A stretch of DNA of 64,000 bases, taken from the NCBI GenBank assembly GCA_002269645.1, contig NIVC01003158.1, positions 62,001 to 126,000 on the forward strand. The letters run 5' to 3'. Origin of the DNA: Macrostomum lignano (lineage: Eukaryota). Below are positions 13,959 through 35,024 of the stretch, one piece after another. The position numbers and the translations under genes are program-made. Numbering within the stretch: position 1 is the first letter of the stretch; each line of letters starts with the position of its first letter. The notes beneath the pieces were generated by a model that saw nothing but the letters and a program-made list of their open reading frames with translations, was not told the origin of the DNA and ran no database searches.

Positions 13959-14484
13959 GGGTGTTGGTACATGTAAATATGACGCTACTAGTCCGGGTGT
14001 TGGTACATGTAAATATGACGCTACTAGTCCGGGTGTTGGTACATGTAAATATGACGCTACTAGTCCGGGTGTTGGTACATGTAAATATGACGCTACTAGT
14101 CCGGGTGTTGGTACATGTAAATATGACGCTACTAGTCCGGGTGTTGGTGTAAATATGACGCTACTAGTCCGGGTGTTGGTACATGTAAATATGACGCTAC
14201 TAGTCCGGGTGTTGGTACATGTAAATATGACGCTACTAGTCCGGGTGTTGGTACATGTAAATATGACGCTACTAGTCCGGGTGTTGGTACATGTAAATAT
14301 GACGCTACTAGTCCGGGTGTTGGTGTAAATATGACGCTACTAGTCCGGGTGTTGGTACATGTAAATATGACGCTACTAGTCCGGGTGTTGGTACATGTAA
14401 ATATGACGCTACTAGTCCGGGTGTTGGAACATGTAAATATGACGCTACTAGTCCGGGTGTTGGTACATGTAAATATGACGCTAC
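13959..14484. repeat. 36-bp head-to-tail minisatellite GGGTGTTGGTACATGTAAATATGACGCTACTAGTCC, about 14-15 units, two 31-bp variants
   Basis: Direct reading; no spacers. Confidence 0.97.
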
Positions 14485-14848
14485 CAGTCATTGTTTATGA
14501 GCTTTTTCTGCTTTGAGTCACGAACTCTTCTCGTGAAAGCGATGTCATAATTAACACTGCAACATACGGTCTTGCCCAACCCGGTGAAAGGAGTAAATGT
14601 ACAGCTGACTCAATCTTTAATTTAAACTGCTGCTGCTGCCAAACAATACCAACGGGTCTCACTCCCAAGTTTCTCTGTCTGTTTTCGCGAGCAGAGCTCA
14701 TGCAGCTGTACGCAGGGCTGAGTGCACACTCTGGAGCAGCTTTCGAGTGGAAAACAATTCCTTGGATAGTTAAGCTCGAATCGTCGGTACTGTAGAGACT
14801 GTGGAGCTTAAATAAATTTCATGCTCTGTGCTTTTTTCTCATATGAAC

Positions 14849-17325
14849 ATGCTGAGTTTGGTGCCGGCTCCTTTATCAAGAAGGAGGTATTTCCTTTTTC
14901 AGCTGATCTTTTCTGCCGTGCTGGTGAGTTTTCTCGTGTGAACCTCTGTGAAAGTTTGTCTAATTTAGGTCGCTATGGGGGTATTGCAATTTTTTTTCTA
15001 CAAAATTTCTACAGTGTAATTTCTCCCACCTGCAGTTACTCTTGGCCTACATTTTCTTTGTGGCGCCGGCCTCCCAGATGGGGCTCGATTACAACTCCGA
15101 TAGACTGGTGCAGCTCGATGCGCACCAACTGAAGCGAACTCAGGACCAGCTGGCGCAATCTGCAGGAGGCAATCTGCAAAATGACGGCAAAATGGCGCAA
15201 TCGATAGGCAAACCTGCGCAAAGCATAGACCAGCCGAAGCAGACTGCAGACCAAGACCCGGAGAAGACAGAAAAGAGACAGGAAAGCAAGGAGCAGAGTG
15301 TCGAGTCTAAAAACAACTTAATAGACTCCATTGAAAAGATGGTTCATCATCAGATAAAGCATCGGGAGCCTTTACAGGAAAACAGTGACAGTGGAGGCAG
15401 CCTCAGAAACGCTGGCAGCGGCCCCTCAAAGACCAAAGAGATCCCTCACATTCTGCACCACACCTTTGCCTCCGAGATGGTCTATAAGAACTACCGGCCA
15501 ATGATCAGCAGCTGCTTGAAGCTCAACCCCAACTGGACTTACTACCTGTGGCGTGACTCCGATGCGATCGCCCTCATCTCTAAGGAGTATCCGGAGTACC
15601 TGAAGACTTACCTGAGCTTCAAAGACAACCTGCAACGCTCCGACGCCATTCGATACGTCATCCTGCACCGGTTCGGAGGTGAATTTTGTTTTACTTTTGT
15701 CAATGAGGAACTGATTGTCTGATACAGTGTGCTGATACAGTGTGCTGATACAGTGTGCTGATACAGTGTGCTGATACGGTGTGCTGATAGTGTGCTGATA
15801 CAGTGTGCTGATACAGTGTGCTGATACAGTGTGCTGATACAGTGTGCTGATACAGTGTGCTGATACAGTGTGCTGATACAGTGTGCTGATACAGTGTGCT
15901 GATACAGTGTGCTGATACAGTGTGCTGATACAGTGTGCTGATACAGTGTGCTGATACAGTGTGCTGATACAGTGTGCTGATACAGTGTGCTGATACAGTG
16001 TGCTGATACAGTGTGCTGATACAGTGTGCTGATACAGTGTGCTGATACAGTGTGCTGATACGGTGTGCTGATACGGTGTGCTGATACAGTGTGCTGATAC
16101 AGTGTGCTGATACAGTGTGCTGATACAGTGTGCTGATACAGTGTGCTGATACAGTGTGCTGATACAGTGTGCTGATACAGTGTGCTGATACAGTGTGCTG
16201 ATACAGTGTGCTGATACAGTGTGCTGATACAGTGTGCTGATACAGTGTGCTGATACAGTGTGCTGATACAGTGTGCTGATACAGTGTGCTGATACAGTGT
16301 GCTGATACAGTGTGCTGATACAGTGGAGTTGGTGGAATTTTGACGCAGTAACAACGGATAAATTAAAAAAAATAATTCTTTAAAGGTTAATCCAAACTGC
16401 CAAACGGGAATTAAAAGTACAAAGCTATTGTTCTACTATGTACTGTAAAACTCCCTTGTGACTGACCCACAGGCATCTACCTGGACATGGACGTCGAGTG
16501 CCTGCAGCCCTTCCACCCGGGTCTCACACACCTTGCCGCCTTTATCGACCAGGAGCGGCTGGAGCAGACCAGAATCCTTTGGAGGCGGGACTTCAGCGCG
16601 ATGAACTCAGTCATGGGCTCGGTGCCCGGGCACCCTTTTTACAAGGCCATGGCTGACCGGGTGCTGAAGAAGTACCCAGGAAGGTACGCGTTCCAATCCA
16701 CCGGACCTCTCGCGCTCACCAAATTCTTTCAAGAGTACAAAGGGAGCTCAGAAGCCAAGAGCTGGCCGGTAACGCTGCTGCCTCCGAGCGTTGCATCGCC
16801 ACTGATGGACAATCAGAAAAACTGGAAGTGGCTCTGCCGGAAAGCCAGTAAGCATCTCACTATTGCTATGGTCATTTATTTTTTATTTCTATTTTATTGC
16901 AACACAACTGCAGAACAGATCGTAAATCCTAGCCATTCATTATTGTGATAAAACACTGTACTCATCTATTGATATTTCATTACTCACTAATATTAACCTA
17001 CCTTTGATTTCACAGCAGTCCCATAAATTCCCAACGTGTAACTCGGATTTGGCATAACCCCAGCAACCTGTTCGATTCCGCACTCGCCGTTGCTCCTCAT
17101 CACCTCACACATCCCGCAGAGAGGCGCGGCAGCCCGAGGCTCAGCTGGTTCGACAAAGGCTGCCACATGCTGGAGTCCAAGAACTGGCACCTGGGCAGCA
17201 CTGACAAAAGTACAATCGTAGTGCACAGGTTCTTGCACCTTGGGTACGATTCCCACAATCGCAATAGGAGATCGAAGTTCGACGTCTCCAAGGACTTTGG
17301 GTCTAGAGTGAACTTTTATCTGTGA
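14849..17325 (+). CDS. GT32 glycosyltransferase paralog 3 (about 432 aa); exons 14849-14923, 15036-15678, 16473-16847, 17120-17325
   Basis: [25 protein letters not shown]|LLLAYIFFV anchor; same motifs, intron phases (0,1,1) and 375-bp catalytic exon as the other copies. Confidence 0.9.
15718..16323. repeat. 13-bp tandem repeat (GATACAGTGTGCT)n in intron of GT paralog 3
   Basis: Direct reading; explains ORF 15608..16354. Confidence 0.97.
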
Positions 17326-20300
17326 AGAGATTGAGGACGCTGCTATTGTTTAATTAGTTGGGGGAGTATTAGCCAAATACTATTGGGTGCTGATGTGAAA
17401 CAGTTGCTCATCCCAATGAATAAGTTTTCTATAGATGCGGTCATGTACAAAGTTAGAGTTTTACTGTGATGCACTTGATTTTGCATTAATCATCAATATA
17501 AAGTCTACGCGTAGAGCATTTCGTCAGCCATTGGGAAGTATGAATAAAAAGAGCATTAGCTCACGAGAAAATTCTCAGCCTCTGACCACGAGAATTGGAC
17601 CCAACTTGAGAATATTCTCCGAGTGCGAGCAAGGGCTCAAAGAGGATATGAATAGAGAAAGTCCTCAAGCTCTGAGAATTTTCTCCGTGACCAGAGCAAA
17701 TCCTTAGCCACTTTAAACCATAGACAAGACGTCTTCCCACTTGATTCTATTGACCTTTGCGCGCATCTGAAGCTTACATGTGCCGAGGAGATTTGCTATA
17801 GACATTCTCCGAGTTTCAGTTGGTTATTGAAACGTATCCCTCGAATGCAAGGAGCGGAGCATATTGGCTAGATCGCGGAGATTATGAGTATTCTCCGCTG
17901 CCTGTATTCGCGGGATACGTTTTGTCTATGGTAGAGGAAAGTGTTCAACCAACCTCACTCTGGCTCACGGCGTTAATTTTATTGTCAATGGCAGCGGAGC
18001 TTACTTAGTGAGAATCTCCGCTAGCAAAGCACTAGCGACATAGACAAGGCGTACAGGCAAAGTGGGATACATTTCAATAGACTGCCTTGTGAGAATGGAA
18101 AGAGAAAGAGAAAAAGCAAGAGATTTCTTACAAGAGACAAAATGGAAACACAGAAGGATGTTGAGGACGAAAACTTTGTCAGCCGCGATCTGTTGGACAG
18201 AGCGAAGACACCTGGAGCAATTCATACGGCCTGATGCAAACTCGTGCTTTGCCTCTTTTTCTGGATTTTTTCAGGCGCCGCAAACAAAGGGATTTATGAA
18301 GGCTTTTTATAACAGCACATCATGAATCGTCATGAATAGGCAGAACAAACATTCATAGCCATCTACCGCCATCTAGTCATGGCTCACACTTGATATATGA
18401 TATTCGTTTCGCTTATACATCGCAACAATAGTAGAAAAATTGCAAGTGCCATTAAATTTCAAAATGGTAGCAAATTACATGTAGTACTGACAGAAACTTG
18501 CATGGATCAAGTACTTGAACTTTTCTTGGAGAGTTTTCTTAAGACTAGCCTACCTCCCAAATGTATTTGTCTCAGAAATAAAGGATATCCCGATGAAAAC
18601 GTTACCGTGACAAGAATCGTATTAGAATCGTTTTAGTGATTTAAATACGCGTCAAGTGATTCAAATACGCTTCAAGTGATTCAGAAACGATTCTTGTGAT
18701 TTTAAAACTCTTCTGGAGTGGGTGAGTGAGTCGCACAAACTTTTCTGATTGCTGATTGCTCGTCGGTTTTGAATCACACAGAATTACTTTCCCTCCAGTC
18801 CCCCAGTGCAACTCCAAAACGCTTCAAAAGCGATTCAAATACGACGCAAACGCTTCATTTACGATTCTAGGCCACAGTCACGTTTTCATCGGGAATTCGT
18901 CCTGTTATCGAAGTGACTTCTTGGTGGGTCCTTGGATAGTTATCCGGGTCTGGGATTTGATCAGCCTTCTATTAACGCCTCGAAACATTTGCTATTTACG
19001 TCAGGGATTGCGATGTGCAGGTCAGGAACCGCTACTAAACTGCTTGAGGATACAGAAAGCTTGAGGAATTTCTGATAAGGCTTTAGAAGGCATTTGGCGA
19101 GCGGCTGGGGAGTTCTGAGAGGACAATTAATGAGCACATGTCAGCGATAGCTGTGTGAGGTGGATAAAAAGCAGAATGAAAAATGCCAGCCCATTGGCTG
19201 GGCTACTGGCGCCGCACAGAGCACAAACTTTGAGCTACAGCTCATCGCACAGAGCTGAAGACACCAGCGCGGGTCAAACGTTTTATTATACGGTTGAATG
19301 GTCCGCGACAGTGTACGCAGCGCAGAGCCCATCAACATTTCTCAGGCCGTTCTGTGTTTCCACTGCACAGAGCCACAGCCGCCACTCAAAAATTTAATAA
19401 AAGAGAGAGAGTTGCTGTTTCTAGCAAAGACAGCGCAGCTCGGTGCTCGGGTTTCTTCCAGCTATCTTTGAATTTGCCTTGTCTTCTATCATTGTAACAG
19501 GGGTCAGACTTTTTAGTGGCCTGACCAGAAGAGTGGCTTGAAGACGGATTTTCCAGAGCCCACTGCTTGCTTCGACACTGAGTACTCAGAACTTGGACTC
19601 AAGCATCTGCTGCCATGGCACGATTGCGAGAAGCTCAAAATCTGCTGCTATTAAAGATGTTCTTGGCGTTGAGCGCGGCCACTCTGTTGGTGAGTTACAG
19701 CATAATTTATTCGTCGAAATTCACTCACCCTTCATCATAATCATATAGATAATAAAAGTAAATCCAAGCTCTGCATATGACGTTTTATTCAACAGTTTTC
19801 ATGTAAGTGCTAACTTTGCCAAATTTTGATGGATCACCCGCTAGGCGAGCGATGCACGATCCGTTGGTCAGGCTGCTGCTTGAAGCAACAAGCTGAGCGG
19901 TGGCTGCCACTTGTTTACAACCAGATTGCAACTTCAACAGTTTGAAGTTCAATTCAGGGGGCTAGCAGACCCCCTGAAACCCAAAATGCATCTGGATGAG
20001 TTCCACTTAAATTTGTTCCCGCATTTTCCGCCTCTCTGTGAACCGTTGAACCGCCACAATTTCAGCTGCTGGGGGCCTTTTCTGTCTTCTTCGACCCGAG
20101 GCCAAAACATTTACCGGCGAAGATTGACCCAGTTGTGCACAATAGGACCTTTGAGATCCCCAAACTTCTGCACTACACCTTCGCCTCCGAGATGATCTAC
20201 GAGAACTACCGGCCAATCATCAGCAGCTGCCTGAAGCTCAACCCCAACTGGACTGTTTACCTGTGGCGGGACTCCGAAGCGATGATCCTTATCTCCGAGC

Positions 20301-20463
20301 ATTTTCCCGGCTACATGAAGACTTACCTGAGATTCAAAGACAACCTGCAACGCTCCGACGCCATTTGATACGTCATCCTGTACCTGCTTGGAGGTATGGA
20401 TAGCGCATAAGAAAAAATTAGATAAGGATGTAAGGGAGTGGAAAATGAAGGAGTTAGGGCTAT

Positions 20464-21241
20464 TGTTGTGAAACGCGAAATCTCCGGGGGCGGCTCGTGA
20501 TCCTCGAGCAGCTACGGCCTCCTAAGACTAATACCAGAGTACAAGTACCCCTTCAGGGTGGCGAGCCAGTGATGGCGTCCGACACTCTGACCAAGCTGCC
20601 GGTGTCGGGCGGTGCGTACTATCGCTTCTCGTTCCTAGCCAACAGCTCGTCCCTACGGCAGTACCCGATACAGCATGTCCCGTACCGAACAATGAATAAC
20701 ACAACGAGACTCAAGTTCTTACTGAGGAACGAACACGGCGGGAGCGGCGGCGAAGGACTAGCCGGTAGCGCGGATTCTCAGACGTTGTGTACCCGTAGGG
20801 GCATCTCGGTTCTAATCGATATGGGCAGTGGAATCTCAGAGCTGAGTTGAGTTGGAAGGTAGCAGCCACAGTTGGTCCCTCACCGCCGCTACACCGAGCT
20901 AGATATATATTTGGATTGGCCGGCTAGGCCGCGGGGTATCGCCCCCCCCGCGCCCACCCGACCAGCCACACAACCAGCTTAGCACATTACAGCGAGAAAG
21001 CTGCTGATTGGCCGGCGCGTGAGAGAGGCGACCCGTACCAATCAGCAACTGCGCAAGAGACGGAAAACTTGGGGGGGAACGCGCTGAGAGGGGTGGCGCA
21101 GCCAGCCAAAGCCGGCCGGCTCAGACAGACTGGGGTGGGTGGTGCATAAACAACTGAGGAGGGGAAAGTGCAGTGCCCCAGTGCGCCAATCAACTGCAAG
21201 CCTGAGATCGCTAGGCAGCGAAAGTACACTACGGCACAACA
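20464..21241. mobile_element. Solo LTR (778 bp) in intron of GT paralog 4
   Basis: Starts TGTTGTG, ends CACAACA; 4-bp TSD CTAT (20460-20463 and 21242-21245); several CCAAT boxes inside. Confidence 0.75.
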
Positions 21242-21477
21242 CTATGCATGCATGTTGTATGTACATGTGTATCACATATCGCCGAGTTTTTAGTTGCCAA
21301 CATTCTTAATTTCTCACTCCCTGACAGTGCTTTTCTACTGACTGAATCCGCAGAATCATATTCTGTCTTTAAAATAGAAATAATCACATAATTAATAGCT
21401 AAAATCTGTATTTGTATCAGTTTTAGTCAATATTTTTGTCAGGAGGGGCATCTCTGAAGGTTCATAGTGGCCATGCA

Positions 21478-21675
21478 AATTAACAATATTCTCATAGTGG
21501 CCAATTAACAATATTCTCATAGTGGCCAATTAACAATATTCTCATAGTGGCCAATTAACAATATTCTCATAGTGGCCAATTAACAATATTCTCATAGTGG
21601 CCAATTAACAATATTCTCATAGTGGCCAATTAAAAATATTCTCATAGTGGCCAATTAACAATATTCTCATAGTGG
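21478..21675. repeat. 25-bp tandem repeat AATTAACAATATTCTCATAGTGGCC, about 8 units
   Basis: Direct reading. Confidence 0.95.
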
Positions 21676-21718
21676 TTCCCTTTTTGCAGGTCTAGAAGGG
21701 CGTCGCCATGGATTTTAT

Positions 21719-21998
21719 GGCGCCGCAGGCACTCATTTTGGCGCCACATGCACTCATTTTAGCGCCGCAGGCACTCATTTTGTCACCACAGGCACTCATT
21801 TTGTCGCCGCAGGCACTCATTTTGGCGCCACATGCACTCATTTTGGCGCCACATGCACTCATTTTGTCGCCGCAGGCACTCATTTTGGCGCCGCGGGCAT
21901 TACTTTTGGCGCCACAGGCACTCATTTTGGCGCCACTTGCACTTATTTTAGCGCCACATGCACTCAGTTTAGCGCCTTAGGCGCCATATTTTGGCGCC
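21719..21998. repeat. 21-bp tandem repeat GGCGCCGCAGGCACTCATTTT, about 12 units
   Basis: Direct reading. Confidence 0.9.
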
Positions 21999-22798
21999 CT
22001 AAAGAAAAATAATTGATTACCACAGCGAGTCAAAAGGTTGGGTGGGGGGGGGGACAAAGCATTGGCATGTCCCCCCATAGCTTTTACTCGGGGGGGGGGG
22101 GGGACATGTCCCCCCTGCCCCCCCCCCGGTGGCGACGCGCCTGCAGCCTAGCATCCGATACCTGCTTTTCTTCACCCCTGAAACACCAAGTTTTTGTTTT
22201 TGGGTCATGTATAAGTCATTAGTATTGTTCGTGAGGTTCATATTCGAAAGTGAGCGCTAGTCAAGTACGTAGCAATTATAAGATAGCTTCACTTTCGTCA
22301 AGCCGTAGTTTTGTGTAATTTACATGTGGAGCTTTCTAAAAAGTATTTATCGCTTCCAATTAATAATCTTCTGAAGGCCTCAGTGAAGTCAAATTTGCAT
22401 GGGTTCACACATTTCAGCCGTTTAAACTTGATCCAACTCTTTACTGTGTCGTACATGCAATTACCCAATTATACCTTTTAGCATTCTATTTGATTTTTCT
22501 TCATTCAAGTTGGTGCGCGGCCTGGCAGCTTAGCAGAGAGTTCCCACAGAAAAACCATAGAAAAGCAGACAACAAAGATCAAGAGTTGGAATGTGCCGAA
22601 ATTAAAGAATAGAGCAGAGAGAACCTGAACAGTAAAATCAGTCTGGCGGACAGAGGGAGAACAGTATATATGAGCGGTGGTTTGGAGTTTAATGTCCGTG
22701 AAATAGGCCAGATTGATAGGGAAAAATATATTACCTGCTGAACCACTTTTAAGTCCATTTTCCTAGAGGTTGTGAAGCAGGCGCTTTCAGATATATAA

Positions 22799-23302
<504 letters not shown>

Positions 23303-23333
23303 TAACGCATCACAGATGTGGCAATCAATCTGA

Positions 23334-23657
<324 letters not shown>

Positions 23658-24349
23658 TAAGTGACAAATAAGTACAAAAGTCTATTTTTGGTGCTCATGG
23701 AGTTTGAATGCGCGATCTGCACCCAGAAACAGTTTCTTGATTTCTTTAGGCTTGCAGAATAATTTTGTGAGTGTTGAATCATGTAGACAACTGAATTTGG
23801 CAGGTCTCATAACAGTCTTATGTCATGTTTTTTTACTTTGAATGTCGAGTGCTTTTTAGAATTAACAATGGAAACTTTGTTGAATAATCTGTATTTGTGT
23901 AGCTCACTATCGTTCACACTGCATTGGCTGAGTCCTGATTCTACAGTAGCAAACAGCATATTGCTGCCAAAGTACGTTCGAAACAGGCTACTTTGGATAG
24001 CGCATTCAAGTAGTCGCGGTTATTCAAAGGAAATGTTTTCAGAACAAAAGCTATAAATTTTGCAGAGAGTAAAACGTCTTTTGGTATTACAAGCCTGCAT
24101 GGTAATGAGTTGATATGGTCCACAGATCGTAAATACATGTTGCAGTAAGCCTTCCGAGGCGTAATTTGCAACCACTCCAATGGACACACGAGTTAAGAAG
24201 GATTCTCGTGCCTCTTAAAGCACCGCCATTACACAATTGTGCCTTCAATTTTTTACAATTAGATGTTCTCTAGGGACAAACTCCGCCTCTACTTCGACAC
24301 TCAATTCATGCGCGAGCCAAATCTTCATGATGGAGTTACGAGGGGTATT

Positions 24350-24750
24350 TGTGATAGTTCGGGTTTGTGACAATTCGGGTTTGTGATATTTCGGGTTTGT
24401 GATAATTCGGGTTTGTGATAATTCAGGTTTGTGATATTTTGGGTATAAGATATTTCGGGTTTGTGACAATTCGGGTTTGTGATATTTCGGGTTTGTGATA
24501 ATTCGGGTTTGTGATAATTCAGGTTTGTGATATTTTGGGTATAAGATATTTCGGGTTTGTGACAATTCGGGTTTGTGATATTTCGGGTTTGTGATATTTC
24601 GGGTTTGTGATAATTCAGGTTTGTGCTAATTCGGGTTTGTGATATTTCGGGCTTATGTTAATTCGGGTTTGTAATATTTCGGGTTTGTGATATTTCGGAT
24701 TTGTGATGGGAAGTGCTTTCGGAGCTGTGACTTTTCGGGTTTGTGATGCC
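24350..24750. repeat. 16-bp-module array (TTTCGGGTTTGTGATA) of a dispersed repeat family; second locus 37565-37945
   Basis: Same module at both loci, each followed by similar GTTTGTGATGG(G/A)AAG(T/C)GCTTT sequence. Confidence 0.85.
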
Positions 24751-25202
24751 TCCCGTATAGTTGTCTGAAACTGATTCAATTTTGACAAAAGCTGAATTTT
24801 CAACTTTGTCAGGTCCCACTTCTACGAGCCTATATGGACTATCTGAATTCAATCGTAGCTCAAGTCGTTCATTTTCAAATTTTTAACCTCGTTGGCCTTG
24901 CTCGGAGACCGGCCAATTGAGCGGCGCATCCAGGTGCTGATTTCAGAATTATCAATAGAGATCTTCTCCATCTCCATGGTCTCTTCAGACCATTTAGTCT
25001 ATGGCAAAAGCTCCCGATGGTCTGTGCACAGCTGGCAAAAGTCTGCCAAAATTGAATGCAGACTGTCAATATAGAAGTGGAACAGACAAAACAGAATCAG
25101 ATTTTTTGAATAATTAAAATTAATTTATTAACTACTTAAAAAGAATAGTAAGAATATTATTAATAATAGCAATAATAATATTAATTGATTACACTTGCCC
25201 CA

Positions 25203-25484
25203 ATTGGGCCAGATGTGCAACCGACAGCTCAGCCGCAGCTATTGCGCGGAGCATCTGAAGGCTGCTTACGGCTGTTCAGTCCAAGGACTGGAGGGTCGCC
25301 AAACTCACCCTCAATTACCCCAGCTAATGCTGGTGCCCATTTTACAGCTGGGTGAACTGAAGCAATGCAGGGGTAATTGTCTTCTTGCTCAAAGACACAA
25401 ATTGTTCCAGTGGGATCGGGAATCGAATCCCGGACCTTCAAAAAGTCGTGAGTCCGACGCTCGAACCACTGAGCTGAACCCCCC
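25203..25484 (-). mobile_element. tRNA-derived SINE with CORE-like central domain, copy 1
   Basis: Minus strand: A box TCAGCTCAGTGG, B box GATTCGATTCC, then GTGTCTTTGAGCAAG...CAGCTGTAAAATGGG; homologous to 35991-36266; ATT-rich tail. Confidence 0.8.
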
Positions 25485-26449
25485 TTGTCACTATAGAAGG
25501 CTCAGCTGCTCAAACTGAGGGTAAATTGTGTACATTTACGAGATAAAAAAGCATTCGGAATAGCAACACCAGCCGTACTCAGAAATCTTGAGTTTATTTG
25601 GCAATAATTTAAACTTGACAGACAGACTCAATGGAACGCTTTTATTAGGAATCAGAGAAGAAGCGATGTCTCAGCTGCGGAGGTTCTTGCAAATGACTTC
25701 GTTATTAAAAAAAGCTGGAAAGGTGAGAGCAGAAGTCACTTGGAGAACTTGGGATTAAAACAATAAAACAATATAGTAACTGGTCTCTGAGTGTTTGCAG
25801 ATGAAAGTAATCAAGAAGCGCGTGGGGGTCAAATACAGCAAAGATGGACTATGCAAGACTAAGCTGGAGCTCAAATATATGCTTGAACTCGCTGACTAAA
25901 CGGACAGAGGGGATAAACATGGGGCTGAAACCGGATTAACAAAGAGGCGTAAAACAGCTGGGAGCTTTTTGTAAGCGGCAAACACAAAAGGCATGCAATG
26001 GAGTTAGTTGTACATGCAGCATTGTTAAATAGACCCTTCAAATACTTGACATTTTTCTCAAATTTGTGTACTGGATTTATGTAGCGGGTGGCAAGTGGAC
26101 CCGATAACCAAGAGCCATGGAGTGGGCGGCCCCTCCCACCTGTAGCAGAGCAATGGGCCCGTCCGATTCACTAGATTGCAAACAATTACAAATCAAAATC
26201 ACTCTTGCCAGGAAAATTCGGCATTTTTTAAAAATTTAGATGCAGAGCTAAAAAGCAGTTGAAATAAACAGCAAATCGAGCAGGACAACCAGTGCGGTCC
26301 TGTCGACACCAAGGCGAGTTCGGCAGGCTCAAAAACTGAAAAGCTAAAACTAGTGAAAAAGGCCGGTCTCGTGAACAAAGCACAAAGACCAGAGGAAGAC
26401 CCTTCGGAAAAACTGCTTCAGAATCGAATGCTGTTTAAAATAATGCTCA

Positions 26450-33199
<6,750 letters not shown>

Positions 33200-33654
33200 T
33201 GCTGTTGCCGGAGTGCTGGAAATGCGGCGGCAATTGTGCGCGTCACGTGACCGAATTGCTGCTGAAAGCAGTAGACTGGCTTAAGGTCTTTTAGCTTGTA
33301 TGGATCAGCCTGTTGATAGGACTTGGCCTCTGCCAAGAGCTAAATAGAGGGGCAGAGGGGCAGAGGGTGCAGGGAAGGCAGCAGCCGGTTAAATCCATCA
33401 CAGCGATTATTGGTTCGTCCTTGCATGGAAGCGCGCGCAGGAAGCCAAGTCTGCAACAAGCCGGGATGCAGCTTGTACACTTGAAATTTGAAGGCCTTCA
33501 CACGCCCCGACTGTACCGAGTTGGGCGCAAGAATTCATTAATAAATCATGCGAGTCGCAGCTTTCATTACCGGTCGGGCCAGAGCTGGGAGCAACGTGTA
33601 AATTTATGCCAGCGGTCACCTGGCTGCTCGGGTGCCTCTGTACTGAGCTGCTCT

Positions 33655-33785
33655 CGATCATCTGGTTGCAATGATCTGATTGCAATGATCTGATTGCAAT
33701 AATCTGATTGCAATGATCTGACTGTAATGATCTGATTGCAATGATCTGATTGCAATGATCTGATTGCAGTGATCTGATTGCAGTG
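33655..33785. repeat. 14-bp tandem repeat ATCTGATTGCAATG
   Basis: Direct reading. Confidence 0.9.
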
Positions 33786-34459
33786 AATGCGCTTGCAACA
33801 GCGAAAAGCAACTCGTATGAATTTTATGAAATTCGGTTGAAAAATTTCGCGGTGTCGATGCGCTACTCAGTGAGTAGTGTGAAGCTGCCAGTAGTGGTTA
33901 TATTTTTTCTTGTGCGTCTTTGCTGGATTAAGTGGTGGCCCTTCTGAATATTAACAACAGTTATAAATCGACACATTTCCTCGCCAATAAGATTTATCTG
34001 CTGCCAAGGACACCTTGAACTAGAATTTCGGACTGCCAACGCTTCCACGAATGTTTAGTTCTTTACAGTCTCCGCGACTGCAGGATCTTGCTTGAAGGTC
34101 TCCTTGGCCGCAGCGCAGTTCACTACTGGGAGAACTTGGGCTTACGAGAGGCGGGGCAGCCCAAATCAGGGAGGTGGCAGTTAAAAGTGCGCTGGCAATG
34201 TGCAGCACTGAAGAGAATTCTATAGTCGAGGTCAGCCCACAGACCTTATATATATAAGCCTGCAGGGCCACCAGCCGCTGCGAAAGAAGAAGACGAATTG
34301 CTGACAGAATCTGCTGCTTTCAGCACGGCTCAGCGATTCTCCCGTCAAGATTTTTTGACCCGATTGGCTCCGCATGGTGACTGCAAAAACAGGTGGGCTT
34401 CCCTGCGTTCGTTCTGTGAGCAGAACTTTCACTGAAATTTGATCATCTGAGTAATGCAT

Positions 34460-34900
34460 CCTCAACCTATGAGCATCCAATCTCAGCCTATGAGCATCCA
34501 ATCTCAGCCTATGAGCATCCAATCTCAGTTTATGAAGATCCAATCTCAGCTTATGAGGATCCAATCTCAGTATATGAGCATCCAATCTCAGCTTATGAGG
34601 ATCCAATCTCAGCCTATGAGCATCCAATATCAGCTTATGAGGATCCAATCTCAGTCTATGAGCATCCAATCTCAGTTTATGAGGATCCAATCTCAGCCTA
34701 TGAACATCCAATCTCAGCTTATGAGGATCCAATCTCAGTCTATGAGCATCCAATCTCAGCCTATGAGCATCCAATCTCAGCTTATGAGGATCCAATCTCA
34801 GTCTATGAGCATCCAATCTCAGCCTATGAGCATCCAATCTCAGCTTATGAGGATCCAATCTCAGTCTATGAGCATCCAATCTCAGCCTATGAGCATCCCA
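34460..34900. repeat. 21-bp tandem repeat GAGCATCCAATCTCAGCCTAT, about 21 units
   Basis: Direct reading. Confidence 0.95.
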
Positions 34901-35024
34901 GCTCAGCAAATGCGCATTCAATCTTAGCTACTCGTGAAAATCAATTGGAGCAAAGGTGATGTTTTGACCATAGACAGTGTTTTCCTGGGGTGTTTTCATG
35001 TTTCCGAGTTATGAAGTATTCAAT

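Noticed and set aside
13959-14484. 36-bp repeats as a CRISPR array
   Set aside because: Units are head-to-tail with no unique spacers, there are no cas genes, and the context is eukaryotic.
15608-16354. 248-aa ORF on minus strand
   Set aside because: Translation of the 13-bp tandem repeat inside a GT intron.
20366-20368. TGA as selenocysteine or programmed readthrough
   Set aside because: Position is a conserved Arg in the paralogs, CGA>TGA is the commonest point mutation, and I identified no SECIS.
25640-25900. Possible short spliced exons on plus strand
   Set aside because: Donor and acceptor are present but there is no recognisable product or consistent frame.
34232-34927. ORFs with (LDAHRLR)n or (QSQPMSI)n
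   Set aside because: 21-bp minisatellite artefacts with no splice or start support.
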